Shown here piece after piece: positions 39,436 to 53,495 of a stretch of DNA of 64,000 nucleotides. The stretch is taken from the NCBI GenBank assembly GCA_964016885.1, contig OZ024742.1, forward strand, positions 311,240,001 through 311,304,000, given 5' to 3'. Position numbers and translations under genes: made by a program. The notes under the pieces were generated by a model that saw only the letters and a program-made list of their open reading frames with translations, did no database searches and was not told where the DNA came from. Positions within the stretch are counted from its first letter, which is position 1. Each line of letters begins with the position of its first letter. The stretch is from Eledone cirrhosa. Its lineage: Eukaryota.

Positions 39436-41649
39436 ATTATGTGTCTGTACCAGTGCAGCCATCTCTCCTGCTCACTACATCTGATTCTTTTTATACTCAG
39501 TTTTTTTTCTCAACTCATCTGTACTTAGTCGTTTTTGTATACTAACATTGTATATGCAGCACAGCATGCATATGCAATTTTTTACCTTTGCACATTCTCT
39601 GCTTCCAAAGCCCCTGTCTCACTACCTTGCATTCCTTCATTATCAGCCAAAGTAATAGATCACCAAACTTTTTCCACTGTATTTTTATTCTGGTTACTAT
39701 GTTTTCAGAGCGCCACCACTGTTAACTAGGTCACCTGGTTAACAAAAACTATCAACTACTATATAACCTACTTTGGATTGTTTATCTAATGCTCTTAATG
39801 CTGACTACTCCTGTGCATTTGCCACACACAAAATTTCTTTTCTCTGATGCCATTATACCACGTGCACCTATTGTTAACACTGGACACACTGCATAGAATT
39901 TCTACCTATGCCTTTTCTCCATATTGGGCATAGCCATTTCCCTGATGTTAGCGGAGTTCTGTCCTCTTTCTTACTAAGACTTAATGAAGTTTATTCTGGT
40001 TTTTTAATTCTAGGTTTTGTGTCAACATTTGAAAATTCTCTAAATCATCCACATATTTAGTTATAAGTACTATTAGGTCATCAGTTAGAGGTATTTCCAA
40101 CCCCAGAATAGTTAGAGTAGTTGTTAGATATACCGTCTAACCCATGCTAGCGTGGAAGATAGACGTTAAACGATGATGATGACTTCTAATTTCAATTAGA
40201 ATAAATAGTTGTCAAGAGTACATCTTAGCCATACATTCGTATATCTCTGACTCAATTCCACGCATATGATAGATATCATATTAAGTACATTTCATTACTA
40301 CTAGCAACTAAATTGGAAAACTTTTAACTCTTGAGACAAGGTGGTTACAACTGGAATGCTTTTCAATCGGGGTTGACCTTGGGCTAAACAGCAACAACAA
40401 TTGTGAAAGGAGCAATTATCAGCAAAATTAAGGAAAAACTAAAACAAACGTATCATTGGGTAGCGATATATACGATTTTATTAACAATAATTTAAAACGT
40501 GTTTGTTTGAACCACAATAAAATAATAACTATAAAGAAAAATTAAACATACACACACTGAATAAATTTGCATGAACATTAATACAATAGCTTCACAAACT
40601 TGCTAAACAAATGAGGTTAGAAGCTTACTTTCCTACTAATAACAACTTACCGCTTTGAAAATAAAACAAATACGTTCGATTATGTAATCAAAAGATTGGT
40701 CACAGACCTGCGGCGAAACAAAATCTCGAACTAAGCGGTCTTTTGCTACTATCCGGACATGTATGTAGCTTTGAAAGTAAACAGAGTGATCTCCCTTATT
40801 TTGAACCTCTCTTTCTAGATTCAACGTCAGAGTGATGGCCCTTGTGCTTTAAATAGAACTATTTTGAATATGAACATCAGAGTGACTTCCCTGTTGTCAT
40901 GTCAGCAAGACACAACAGCGACATCAGATAGCGTCATATTTGAAAGAGAAATTTTTAGAAACAAACGACGCCTTCCGTTTTTTTCTTCTAAATTTTTGAG
41001 GAGGGGGTGGCCACTGGCGCCAGTCAGCATTGCTGATAACGTGACCAACCAACCAATCTTTATGTGGTGGATCAGGAGACTTAAGGAACGCTATAACGCT
41101 GACAAAGTTAGAACATACCCATTTTTTTCCATTTCAGATAACATAAAGTCAACTTAGCGAGAGTGATGAAGAATGTATGTGTCCCATTAGTGCGATCCTA
41201 TAGAGTCATGCTACTTCATTCAGACAGGGTCAAATGGATGAAGATTTTTGAATATGTAAATGGGACTTGTCTCTTCTGTATAGGAGCAAAAAATATCAAC
41301 TCATTGCAACAAATACCAGTGTGTTTGTGTCCAATGCTTAGTTAGATACAAATTAAAATTAAATATTAAGATAGTAGAAAAACCAGGTATTCCCATAAAA
41401 GCCCTGATTAGCAGAATGTACCCTTTTTAGAAAATCCTCTGCACTGATAGAAAATGATTAAGCCCACAACTGGAATGGTTGTTACTTACTGTTCCTATGT
41501 TCTTAATTAATCTACCTGAGGTCCCACTACATCTCTTGTGTGCCATAGTTTGTATTTTCCTACACACTGAGCAAGGCCATTTCTCTGAGGTGGGTCTGGG
41601 CCTTGTTATCCTTTCTACTTACTAGGTTGACTGGTGCTTCCGGGTCAGG

Positions 41650-42515
41650 AATTTTTTCTCTAGTTCTGGGCATCCTGTTTTAAACTCTTTTGTTATATAT
41701 AACCTGGAGGATAAGAATAAACAGGCGAGGACTAAGGACGGAGCCTTGTTGGACCCCAACTTGCACACTAAGCTTGATATAGTAATTAATTTTAACCTTG
41801 TTGACAGTACCTCTCTGTACATGGCTTGTACTGCCCTCACAAGCCACTCTTTTACTTCATGTCTCCTAAGTCCACACCAGCTTACAGAACAAGGGACTCT
41901 GTCAAAAGCTTTCTCTAGGTCAACAAATGCTAAGTAGAGAGCGTGTACTTTTAGCTAGGTACTTCTCCAGCAGTTGCCTCACAAGGAAGAAGGCATCTAT
42001 GGTACTTTTTCCTGGCACAAATCCGAACTGCATCTCATCTAGGCTAATTCGACCTCTAGTTTTCTCTGTCTAGTGCATCACCTTTACCCTCATAGTAGTT
42101 GACGATGCTGCTGCTATGCCAGTCTTTGGGTATGATACCATTTTGTATTACTTGATTTACAATATGGATACTTATGGTGTGTCCTACCATCCTAGATGCT
42201 TCCAGCATCTCAGCAACTATTCTCAATGACCCTACTGCTTTACCTGTTTTCATATCCATAATTGCCTACTACACTGCTGATCCCTCTATAGGGTCCACTT
42301 GGGGCAGGCTATGTTTTTCCCACACATTCTCCTCATTCATTAGTCTCTCATAATGACACTTCCATGCTGCCTTCTTTTCAGTTTTAGTGAGGGCAAGTGC
42401 ACCATTGTCATCACAAATACACTTCTCTCCCACAACATCACTATTTTCTCTGACACACTGCCTTGCGATCCTGAACGCCCTGCGTCTTTGGTCCGCACAC
42501 TGCATAACGTGCATA
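41650..42515 (-). mobile_element. Degenerate RTE LINE fragment in SAP30L intron 2
   Basis: Broken frames with WKCHYERLMNEEN, MKTGKA, IPKDW..GKGDA, QFGFVPGKSTIDA and FVDLEKAFDRVP. Confidence 0.88.
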
Positions 42516-42570
42516 TGTTAAATGGTGATGATTTATTTATGCTTTCTGTGTTTCCTACATAATTTTTCAG

Positions 42571-42669
42571 ATTGACTTTTTTCAAATGCCTGTAAACACA
42601 CTCCGCCGATACAGACGACATTACAAGTTACCCACTCGGCCTGGAACTAACAAGGCCCAATTGGCTGAG
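42571..42669 (+). CDS. SAP30L: SAP30L-like coding exon 3 (Sin3-binding domain)
   Basis: tttttcag|ATT...GAG|gtagat, phase 0, 99 nt: IDFFQMPVNTLRRYRRHYKLPTRPGTNKAQLAE. Confidence 0.95.
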
Positions 42670-44559
42670 GTAGATAGATATCTTCTATGTTATAAAATTT
42701 GTTTAGAATGTTGCTACCAGTTTGTTTTATGCAAGTATATTTAACCCTTGAGCATTTAAACCAGCTGTATCCTGCCAGAATTATCTCCTCCTTCTGTTCA
42801 AACCGGCTGTAACTGGCCACTCATACTGATGTTAAGGTATTTATTGTTCTTAAAATGAATAATATCAAAATCTCAGATTCAATATTATTTACCATAAAAA
42901 TATGCAAATGTAATGCAAATGCTAAAGGGTTAAATGACTTGTAATTTCATATTAAGTTCTTGTTATTTCTACAAATAATTACATTCAGGATTAGTTAAGC
43001 CTCACAGAAACCGAGGTGGTCAACACCATTACAGAAATTGAACTTAAGACATCAAAGTGGTCAAGGATGGTTAAGGCCTCTCAGAAATTGAAGTGGTCAA
43101 CACCATTCTAAAGGAATATAAAACATAAGCAGGAACACATTTAGTGAAACAAATTAGTGGGCTTGCAGTTCAGCACCTGTAGAAATAATTCCATGCCACT
43201 GACCAAACATCATGGTACTTTGGACAGGTTGACCATTTAAGTTGCATGGAGTCTAGTTGAGTCTCAAACTCTGGATAGAAACTAGGACAAGGCCATGAGT
43301 AAGATGGTCAGTCAATTTCACTTGAAAATGGGCTGAGAGAGAGAGAGCTATCTCTGAACAGCTGGGTGGAGCTGATGAATATGTATATAGCCTACATTCA
43401 TCCTTACGGGGTCGATAAAATAAAGTACCAGTAATGTACTGGAATAATTGCTGGCCTTGTGCTAAAAAGTAGAAACAATTATTGCCTGGCTGTTGTGCCG
43501 TACTTCAGTTTTTGCCTGACCAGATTAGAACATCTGCTCATTTACTTATGGACGGTATGTGTTCTACTTGCAAGGCAATATACCTGCTTCTAGTCCCTAT
43601 GTATTGATGGCGAGCAAGTGTGATTGCCCTTTATCTAGCAAGTTTTTTTTGCATGGCTCATCTTTGATGGAGATGTGTTCTTGGACTAAGTAAAAGCTAA
43701 GATCAAGCAACCGGAATGTTGTCAAGTATTCATAGCCCCCAAGCAATGAAATTTGCAATTTAGCTTGTTTTAGGAAACTAGTGATGGATAACAGTGACAA
43801 TATTCTTGGTGAAACTTCAATGACTTTCAAACTTGGGGCTATGGTAACTAACAGAAATCATTGACCTGGGTCCATTGCTGGTTTGAGATGAATTCTACAA
43901 GCACAGAAACACTGCCAGCCAAGCCTGTCTAAGATGTGTGCAGAGTAACAAAACTGTTCAGCAAATATGTGGTTCAGCCTGAGCATTGTTGATATGTAGA
44001 TTTTTCAAACAACTGTTGCTGCATGTAAAGTATATTCAACTATTGACTGAGTTCATTGTGAAAATTGTCCTGACGTTTTCTGTTGATCAGGAAGGACAAG
44101 CAGTTTTCCTCTCTGATATCTGTGGTGAAAAATAAAATCTGTGCTAGATACAATGAAAAAGACTAAACAAACATATTTTTCTTCTGTTGAGCCATCATAG
44201 GTCTGCCTGCTCATTCGTGTTTGACCTAAGGCTAAATATAACATTAGAAATTTGATATTAAGGTGACGATTTGTGGGGAAGAGAAAGTTTAATAAATTGA
44301 CCCCAGCGTGTTACTGTTACTTTATTTTATTGGCCCCATAAGGATGAAAGGCAAAGCTAGCCTTGGCAGGATTTGAACTCAATACCTATTTTAAGTTGAG
44401 CTAGATTCCACTAGACGGCACTGGCCATCAGCCTTTCAAAATGTTTATTTATTAAATACACCATATATCTTTAGATGTACGAAATTCACATACAAATAAT
44501 ATTTTTTTGAAATCTAAATGTCTTGCACTACTTTTCTTCTTTTATTTTTTCTTCTCTAG

Positions 44560-44685
44560 AGTGTTGCTCGGCACTTTAAAACAATTCCTGTGGCAGAAAA
44601 AGAAACTTTGACATTCTTCATTTACATGACAAAGAATTTTAAAAGCAGATTCGACCAGAAACACATCGAAACAGCTCCAAGCTAG
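44560..44685 (+). CDS. SAP30L: SAP30L-like final coding exon
   Basis: Long polypyrimidine tract then ctctag|AGT: SVARHFKTIPVAEKETLTFFIYMTKNFKSRFDQKHIETAPS, stop TAG at 44683-44685. The four exons join in frame to 175 aa. Confidence 0.95.
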   Translation, partial: SVARHFKTIPVAEKETLTFFIYMTKNFKSRFDQKHIETAPS

Positions 44686-45305
44686 TGGACTGTAGAGTAC
44701 ATCCGTGTCACTCATTATTATTATTATTATTGCTACAAGTACTACTACTACTATTACTATTATTTTGGATGATGTTGATGATGATGAATGGAAGTCCAAG
44801 ACTGAGATAAACCAGAATAAAAGGCCAGTGCTTTTGCTGGGTGGTGGTGGAACCGGTTGTTGTGATGGTGGGAATAATAATAACAATAATAATAGGAAGA
44901 GGAACATAATTTTTCTCTTTCTTGTGCTTGCTTTCCTTCTAAACACACAACACATATACACACACACTAGGCCACATCATGTGACCTCCATCACCACCAC
45001 CACCATCACTCCACTATTCATCTTTCTTCCCACAATAAAGACACAACAAATCAAATAAGACATAAGACATTGCAGAGTTTAAAAAGGAACAACAATAAAA
45101 ATAACAACAATAAAAATAATTATGAAAAACAACAACAAAACAAAACAATTTGGAAATGAAACTATTTGAAAAGACAATATTTACAAAGACACTTTGTGCC
45201 TGCTTTTCAATTATGGAAGACAATTTGTGCATCTGTTTGCTGAACAGGAAATATTAATATATATATATATATAATGTGTGTGTGTAATATATATATATAT
45301 TTATA

Positions 45306-45364
<59 letters not shown>

Positions 45365-45378
45365 TATATATAATGTAA

Positions 45379-45418
<40 letters not shown>

Positions 45419-47606
45419 ATAATAATAAAACAGCTGTCAGAAGAATAACCTCCTGCTCTTTCTATCTTCTTTCTATCTCCTTTCTCTTCCTCCTCCTCCT
45501 GGTGACACTCGCATACACACATAAATGGAAAGGAAGAAAGAGAAAAACGACTTTTAATAACAGATGTCACATTCTAACAAATTTATGTTTTCTTTTTGAT
45601 TTTCTGATCATTGTTATTTTTTTTGTGGTTGTTGTTATTATTAAGTAAAGTGGTTGTGTAGGTGTCATGACAAAAAGCATCCAGTACTCATTTTAAGTGA
45701 GGTTGGCGTTAGCAATGGCATCCAGCCGTAGAAACCAAACCCAAATCAGTTCTGTATAAACAAAGCATGGTCACCTGACCTAGCATTGCTCACAAAAGGA
45801 CAACTCATCTAAGAATGGACGTAAAATGGTGATGATGATGATGATGATGATGACCAGTTAAGTATTGAGGTCCTCCATCCCCAATTTTCTGGTCTTGTTC
45901 CTATCCTAAAAATAATTTTTATTATGGTAAGTGTTATAGCTACTTCCAGCCAAAGTTCCAGCAACAAAAATCTGCTAGCTGGCATCCAAAAGTGTCAGTA
46001 ACTTATAGATAAATCTATAGTTTTGTGTTGTTGTTACATCTGGTACATTCATGGGTCTGGCTGTACCACTGCTGAGATGACTTTTCAGAATATGGTTTCG
46101 CTTTCCATGGGAACCAATTACTGGATATCCTGCACTACATACACGCAAGTTTGCTAGGGTTTTATTAGTGTCTTGAAGGTTTTTTCAACTCTTTTCATTC
46201 CTCCACCAGGGTTTTGGTATTGATTCTTAGTGCTTCTTGTTTTTCTCTTGTTTCATATTATTGTTATTACTATTTGTAGCTGGGGTTTTCCTGAGGACAT
46301 ACAGAAACACACAAGCATACATGCACGCGCACAGTTTTCCACACGTGTTGACTTACATTTAAAATTCTCGCGTTTTCAGTCAAAACTCTTAGTGTGGTGA
46401 CAACTCTCTCTTCCTATCTAACTTTCACACACACACACACTCCCTCTCTCCGTCAATAACAACAACTTGTTTTTTTCTTTCTTGAAACAAATTTTCAGTC
46501 TATATCTCTTTCACAAGCTTGCTCTCTCTCACTGTATTGTTCTCTCAATAACAGCAACAATAACCACTTGTGATTATAGTGAAAGTATTTTTTTGAAGTT
46601 TGTGTTGCGTTATCTATATGTTGAACGATATACAGAAACACACACACAAACACAAAAAAAACTATTCTTTTCATTTGTTCACACATTACGTTTTAGTTAG
46701 AGAGAGAGGGTGGTGGAATAGTATTTCTCTCCTTCTCTATAGAGAGTGTGACTGACAGACTGACAGTCATAACTGTATAGTATAGATCAGAGCTGTGGAT
46801 TGGCAGTAATTGGTAGAGCGTCATACAAAATGCTTTGTGGTGTTTAGTTCACTTTCTATGTTCTGGTTTCAAATGCTGCTGAAGTCATCATTGCCTTTTG
46901 TCCTACTGGGTTCGATACCATTAAAGTATTAAAGTTGATATAATTGACTTTCACCCTTCCCCCAAATTGCTGGCCTTGTGCAAATATTAGAAAGAATTAT
47001 TATTATTATTATTATTTGGTAGAATGGTAGAATCGGTAGAACGTCAGGCTAAATGCTTCACAACATCAAATTATGGCCCTTTACATTTTGATTTTGAGGT
47101 TAGCTTTGCCTTTCATCCTTACGGGGTCGATTCAATCGATTTTCCCCTCCCCTTCAAATTGCTGGCCTTGTGTCTAAAGTAGAAACAATTATTAGGGTGG
47201 TGGATTGGCAGAATCATTATTCAGACAAACTGCTTTGCAGCATTTAGTTATGGCCCTTTACATTCTAAATTTAAAACCCACTGAGGTTAGCTTTGCCTTT
47301 TATCCTTTCTGAATCGATAAAATATAGCACTGGTCACATATAGGGATTGATGTAATTGACTTTGTCCCTCTCCCACATATTGTTGACCTTGTGCCTAAAT
47401 TAGAAATCATTATTATTATATTTTGTAAAGCAGTTGGCATTAAGAAGGGCAATCTCGCTGTAGAAACCATGCTAAAAAAAGAACACATTGAATGAGATGA
47501 TTGACCAGTCTAGTAGGACAATAGCTCTGATTTCATCAGTAATGTCTCACCCAGTCCATGGCAGCATGACAAAGAATAATTAAAATCATTATTGATTATT
47601 ATTTAA

Positions 47607-47789
47607 GGCGGTGGATTGGCAGTATCGGTAGAGGGTCGGACGCCATGCTTTCCAGCATAGTTATGTCCCTTTACGATCTGAGTTCAAATCCCGCCGAGGT
47701 TGACTTTGCCTTTCATCCTTACGGGGTCGATAAAATAAAGTACCAGTAATGCACTGGGTAATTTCTGGCCTTGTGCCTAAAGTAGAAAC
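47607..47789 (+). mobile_element. tRNA-derived SINE with Meta-type core, full-length copy (over 25 related copies in the window)
   Basis: A/B-box-like head (tggcagtatcgg, gagttcaaatcc), core gcctttcatccttacggggtcgataaaataaagtacc, flanking direct repeat cattattgattattatttaa. Other copies lie near 330, 2580-3190, 6850, 13750-14030, 14640-14970(-), 30050, 46800-47400, 53130(-), 56730 and 63170(-). Confidence 0.9.
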
Positions 47790-50700
47790 CATTATTGATT
47801 ATTATTTAATAGAATTGTTATAATATCGGAGAAAACATTTGCTTTGTTGATGAAATAAAGCAATTAGTAAAGTACAAAAGTTTATTGACTGTCTCCTACT
47901 CCTAAATTTCTGACTTTGTATAATATATAATTCTATATATTACCACCAGTAATATATAGAATTATTTTCATGAATGCCTTCTGGTATTTGTTCTGGTTTA
48001 TTACTTTACCCTTTAGCATTTAAACTGGCCAGAATTCTCTTACCTCTTTCTGTTCAAACCGGCTATAACCGGCTGCTCATACCAATAAGATATTGTTCTC
48101 GAAATAATATCAAAATCTCATAGATTCGATATTATGTGCAATAAAGCCTTTACCATGAAAATACAATAGTAAATATAGAGTAATGTAAATGCTAAAGGGT
48201 TAATGAGTTTGAATCCTGGTGCTGTTAAATTTGCTCTTCAGCCTGCTTGAGTTGATAAAATAAAGTATTAGTCAAGCACTAATTTGATAGCATTCCTCTT
48301 CCCAAATTATTGGCCTTGTGCCTAAATTAAAAACCATTATTATAAATGTTTTTCTGAATAAAGGCTCATAAATATAATCAACATCATTTTAAGTCTGTTT
48401 TCATTCTGGCAGAAGTTTTGGTCTATACTTGCACAATGTCCCATTGCTTGGTGTGGTTCTAAATTTTCTAAATATAAGCTTATATATAGGTTCTGTAACT
48501 TAGCTTGTCTACTAAATTAGCAGTTCAACAAACAGAGATTAATGAAATAAGAGCTAGACTCAAAAAGAGAACTGGGGTCAATATAATCAGTTATAACCTT
48601 CAAGGCATGACCACTGTCAAATGACTGAAGCCAGTAAGAGAATAAAAGAATGTCAGTAATCTTAATTGTTTCTACTTTAGGCTCAAAGCCAACAATTTGA
48701 AGGGGAGGGGAAAGTCAATTAAATTGACCCGAGTGCATGACTAGTACTTTATTTTATCGACCCCAGAAGGTAAAGGGATGTAACTTTGTCACTAAGCATG
48801 TCCGTTGCTCTACCGATTCTGCCAACCCACAGCCCTTAGTAATCTTAATAATGAGATAAAATGGGTATTAAATTATCAGCATATTTTCCATTCTTGCATG
48901 GATTAGATGAGACTTTTTGAGGTAATGTTTTACAGCCAGATGCCCTTTCTGACACCAAACCTTTTAGTCAGTTTTTACAACACACAGGGATACAGTGTAC
49001 CTTTTCTAAACAGGACACTCATGGTAATAAACTCTGCCAGACAACTTATGTTTAACCTTTACATCACTCTATATATACTCTTGTATTTTCATGATTAGCT
49101 CACATAATATTGAATTTGAGATTTTGATTTTATTTATTTTGAGAACAATACCTTAACATAATTATGAGTGGCCAGTTTGAACAGGAAGAGGTAAGAGAAT
49201 TCTGGTTGGATACAGCTGGTTTAAATGCTAAAGGGTTAATTGTGTTCATATGGTTAATGAGAGAAATAGTTGATAAAAATATCAATCAGTATAAGCAGCT
49301 AATGAGATTTGTCCAATGAATTTACCATGTCATGTCATCCTTAACTCCTGATGTAAGGTAACCCATCATATGATGATGATCATTTTTAGCTTCACTTTTT
49401 GTATGTGTTGGGTTGAGTCTTTTGTGGTAGGTTTTCTACAGCCAGATGTGTTCAAGCTGCTATGCTGCATGGCAATGAGATGTTGACCGTGAATGGAGAA
49501 GATTTGCAATGATGGGAAAGAAATTAAGCATTTATGTTCTGCTGGATGTGTAATGTACAAGTGAGTCGAGTAGAAGAGTTAGATATAGCATGTAAGAGAA
49601 ACAGATGATTGTGATGGTATGGTTATGTGATGTGTGAAGAGATTTGAGTATTGTATAAAGAAGTGCAGTGTGCTTGAAGTAGATGGGACCTGTGAAAAGG
49701 GGAGACTTAGCACAAAGTTGTGAAGAATGACTAAGAAACTGAACCTTGCAAAGAAAGTAACACAACGTTGTTGACTGCTAACTTGCCATACTAGAAAATA
49801 CCCACCCACCGGTACAATCACTGCTGCTAAACAATATATCATCATCATCATCATCTTCGTTTAACGTCCATCTTCCACTCTAGCATGGGTTAGATGGAGC
49901 ATGGTGAGATATTAGAAACTGCATGGAATGAAGAGTTCCCTTTTAGCCTATAGTGGTCAAAACAACCTCTTTATTATTTATGTCAATGAAACACTCAATC
50001 CTGCCTGAAATGTGGTCATTAACAAAGTATGACAATGTCGGGTAGAAAGGACACTTTGCTCTGTTGCAGACTTACTGACTCCTCTGGTGTTGATGCCATG
50101 ATATCATGTACGCAGTACACTCTGTAAAGGGAATGGTGACTGAATGGAGACAATATATGGTAGAAAGGACATTTCAGTTTTGCAGAATACATAGCAACCT
50201 TTCTAATACTGGTGCCACCATAAAATGCACTCAGTATATTGTGTAAAGTGGTTGATATTAGGAAGGGCATCCGGCTCTAGATACCAAGTCAAAATATGGA
50301 ACTCAAGCAAGATTTATTTCTCCAACCCATTTAGTCTTAGAATGTGCTGGTCTGTCCAACCCATGCCAACACAGAAAGCAGGCATAAAATGATGATATAT
50401 GAATGTATGTGTGTGTGGAGTGTTTGATTGTATGTGTATCAAATACTCCAACAGCTTGGCAGTTTGATGAACAGCAGTGATATATTTAAATATAATAGGG
50501 ATAGATTGTAGGAAGGACATCTGACTGCAGGAAACTGCCTTAACCCTTTACATTACTCTATATTTACTATTGTATTTTCATGGTAAACACTTAATCTCAC
50601 ATAATGTCGAATCTACGAGATTTTGATATTCATTTTGAGAACAATACCTTACATAATTATGAACAGTCGGTTTTAACAGAAAGAGGTGATAGAATTCTGA

Positions 50701-53495
50701 CCAGAATGGCCGATTAAAATGTCTTACCCAACCCATGTAAACATTGAAAGGCAAAAGTAAAAATGATTGATTAGCTCAAATTAATTTCTAACATAGGTGA
50801 TAAGGCTTTGTATATATCAGGAAGGGTTACTGTTGGTTATATTAATCCAAGAATTCGCTTGTACTTTATTTTATTGAACTTTGTATATGGATGACTATAA
50901 TTACTTTCTAATGTAATGATTCTGTTAATCTATTACTCAATAGATTCTTAACTCTAACTCCAGCCTTACCTTTAATATCTATATGTGATTGTGTGTTAAA
51001 CTTTTAACAACCCTAACTACAGAATCAAATTAAAGACAATAATTGAAATATTTAACATAACACATTTGAGTGTTTCCCTTTTAACATAATGGGTATGTTT
51101 TATCGTGATAGTGTAGTATTGGTGCCAGTCCACTTTGTAAAGAGGTAATGTTGGTGCCATGATAAAATGTACCCAGTCCACTTTGTAAAGTGGTAGCACT
51201 GGTACCATGATAAAACACATTTAGCCCATCCTGTAAAGTAATTAGTGTTAGTGGCAAAAAAACAAAACAATAAAAAACAAAAATAAAACACACACTATAA
51301 GATGGTTGATATTAGGATGTACATCGAGCCGTAGAACCCATGTCAAATATAGAACATGAGCAAGACGTGGTTACCTGGCCGATCTAGACTCAGAACATGA
51401 CAACCTATACAGCCCAGGCTGGTATGGAAAGTAGGTGTAAAAACCATGATGATGATGATGGTGAAGCAATGTTATAAATATTTATAAATTTATGCATCAA
51501 AATAGAAATAATCGCTGGACAAATTTTACAGGCAAAACCAACCAGCAAGAGACCAAGGGACAGAGCAAGATGGTTCAATAACATCCATGAGCTTGTTTGG
51601 TCATGCTTGGAGATCCAGCCGGATCAGTTGGAGGCAATTGCTTCTGACAGGACCCACTGGAAGGAGTTTTTGAGGACTCTGCCCCAAGGAATAAATGGGC
51701 AAAGAAGAAAATAATAATAATTTTTATAAAATATACAATTTTCCCCGATCTTGCTAGTCATTATTAGCTGTTCAGTTCCATTCGGCACAATTGGTTCAGT
51801 AGCAGACTCCACATTGCATATTTTTGCTATTTGAAGGTCAATACAATGCATCTATTTTGTTATATTCTCTTTCATTCTTTTGCAATTCTTGTAATATAGT
51901 AACTTCTTGTTTTAACCTGCAAGCTGTTTACCACCTCCACCCAGTATACCTGCCTCTTTATTATTTCTGAATTTATGCCCTGGCCCTGACCATCACCAAA
52001 TGTACTAAACATATTTTCCACAACCCTTCTGCCACAAGAACAAAAATAGCCCCCTTGAATCGTTTCTCTGCTCATATTTTCTCCACTGGTATTAACATGA
52101 AGTTCAAGCTAAATATCAACTGCATCGCTCTCGCTAGTCAAAAAGGCACTGCTGTTCCTGTATAGATCAGAGCTGCTACTCTTTCCAGATGTCATGATAC
52201 ACTGCTCTTTTCTGCATAGATTACCAGATGCCATGGGTACTGTTCCTTTGAATAGATCACAGTGGTTATCTTTCCCTGATGCCAGGCTGTACTGTCCTCT
52301 CTATATGTATCCACTGATATGGATTCTGAACACGTGCACATGCTTAGGTCACGTTAAGGTCAACTGCAGGAATCGATAAGTTAGAAAAAAGTGTGATGAT
52401 CAATGACCTGGAAGTTGACTTACCATGAAATTAGTCCGAAGAATAAAATCCAAATTGTATGTTGACGAACATTCGTACTCCCGGCATGTTAATTGTAACA
52501 TGCTGTCTTTGAGAATAGAGTTTATTTTGTCGATATTTCGAGGTGTTGGATCGTGGAAAAATTAACACGAATTAAGAAAATATAACTTCTACCCCATTAT
52601 TGACACTTTGCAACAGTGAATGTTACTAGGTACTCTTTAGGGCCAACACTTCTGATTGATTATCCGACTTATTATGGTGTGTTTTCTCGGATTATGTCTA
52701 CTATGGGGGAAAACGGGATGGTTTTATTTAATTGCTTCAGTCATTCGAAGGGCTTTACAAACGGTGATATACAAGGTGCTTGAACAGTACCTGAATATGT
52801 TCACTCGGTTATAATTTCTTCAATAATTGCGATGACTTCCTCAATTGTTCTGTGTTTGTTCTTGAGCGCTAAGGCAGTAAGTTTTCTATTCTTATAGATA
52901 GTTTCTTGAATAAGTTCGATACTCTTTGAGGTCAAACGTCCCCAGCTTATTCACTCTGAATGAAGGACTTATGACTTAAACGGCTATTGATAATTCCACC
53001 CCCCAAATTGATCTGCTATAAAAACACCTAGCAATGGTTGCTATTGAAAATCCAGTATGGGCACCCAGAGTCGCTAGCATTTTCAGGCGCACTCTGGGAA
53101 CTGCGAATAACCCACCTTTCCCTGGTCAATAATTTCAGGGGAGGGGGAAGTTGATTAAATTGACCCCAATGCGTTACTGGTACTTTATTTTATCGACCCC
53201 GTAAGGATGAAAGGTAAAGCTAACCTTGACTCAGAACATAAAGGGCCATAACAATATATTGCAAAGCATGTTGTTCGACGCTCTACCGATAATAATAAAC
53301 AATGTCTTTCGTAGTCGCTAAAACAGTCCATTTACAACATACGTGTGTGTGTGAGAGTTCGGCAATCTCGTAATGTATGAAGAGAGTGCCGAACTCACAC
53401 ACACACACGTATATATACATATACACATACATACAAATACATATATACATACATAATACATACTAACACACACGCAAATATATATATATATATAT

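Noticed and set aside
51730-52380. Short ORFs in non-SINE sequence
   Set aside because: No recognisable protein motif. Part of it is a degenerate tandem repeat.
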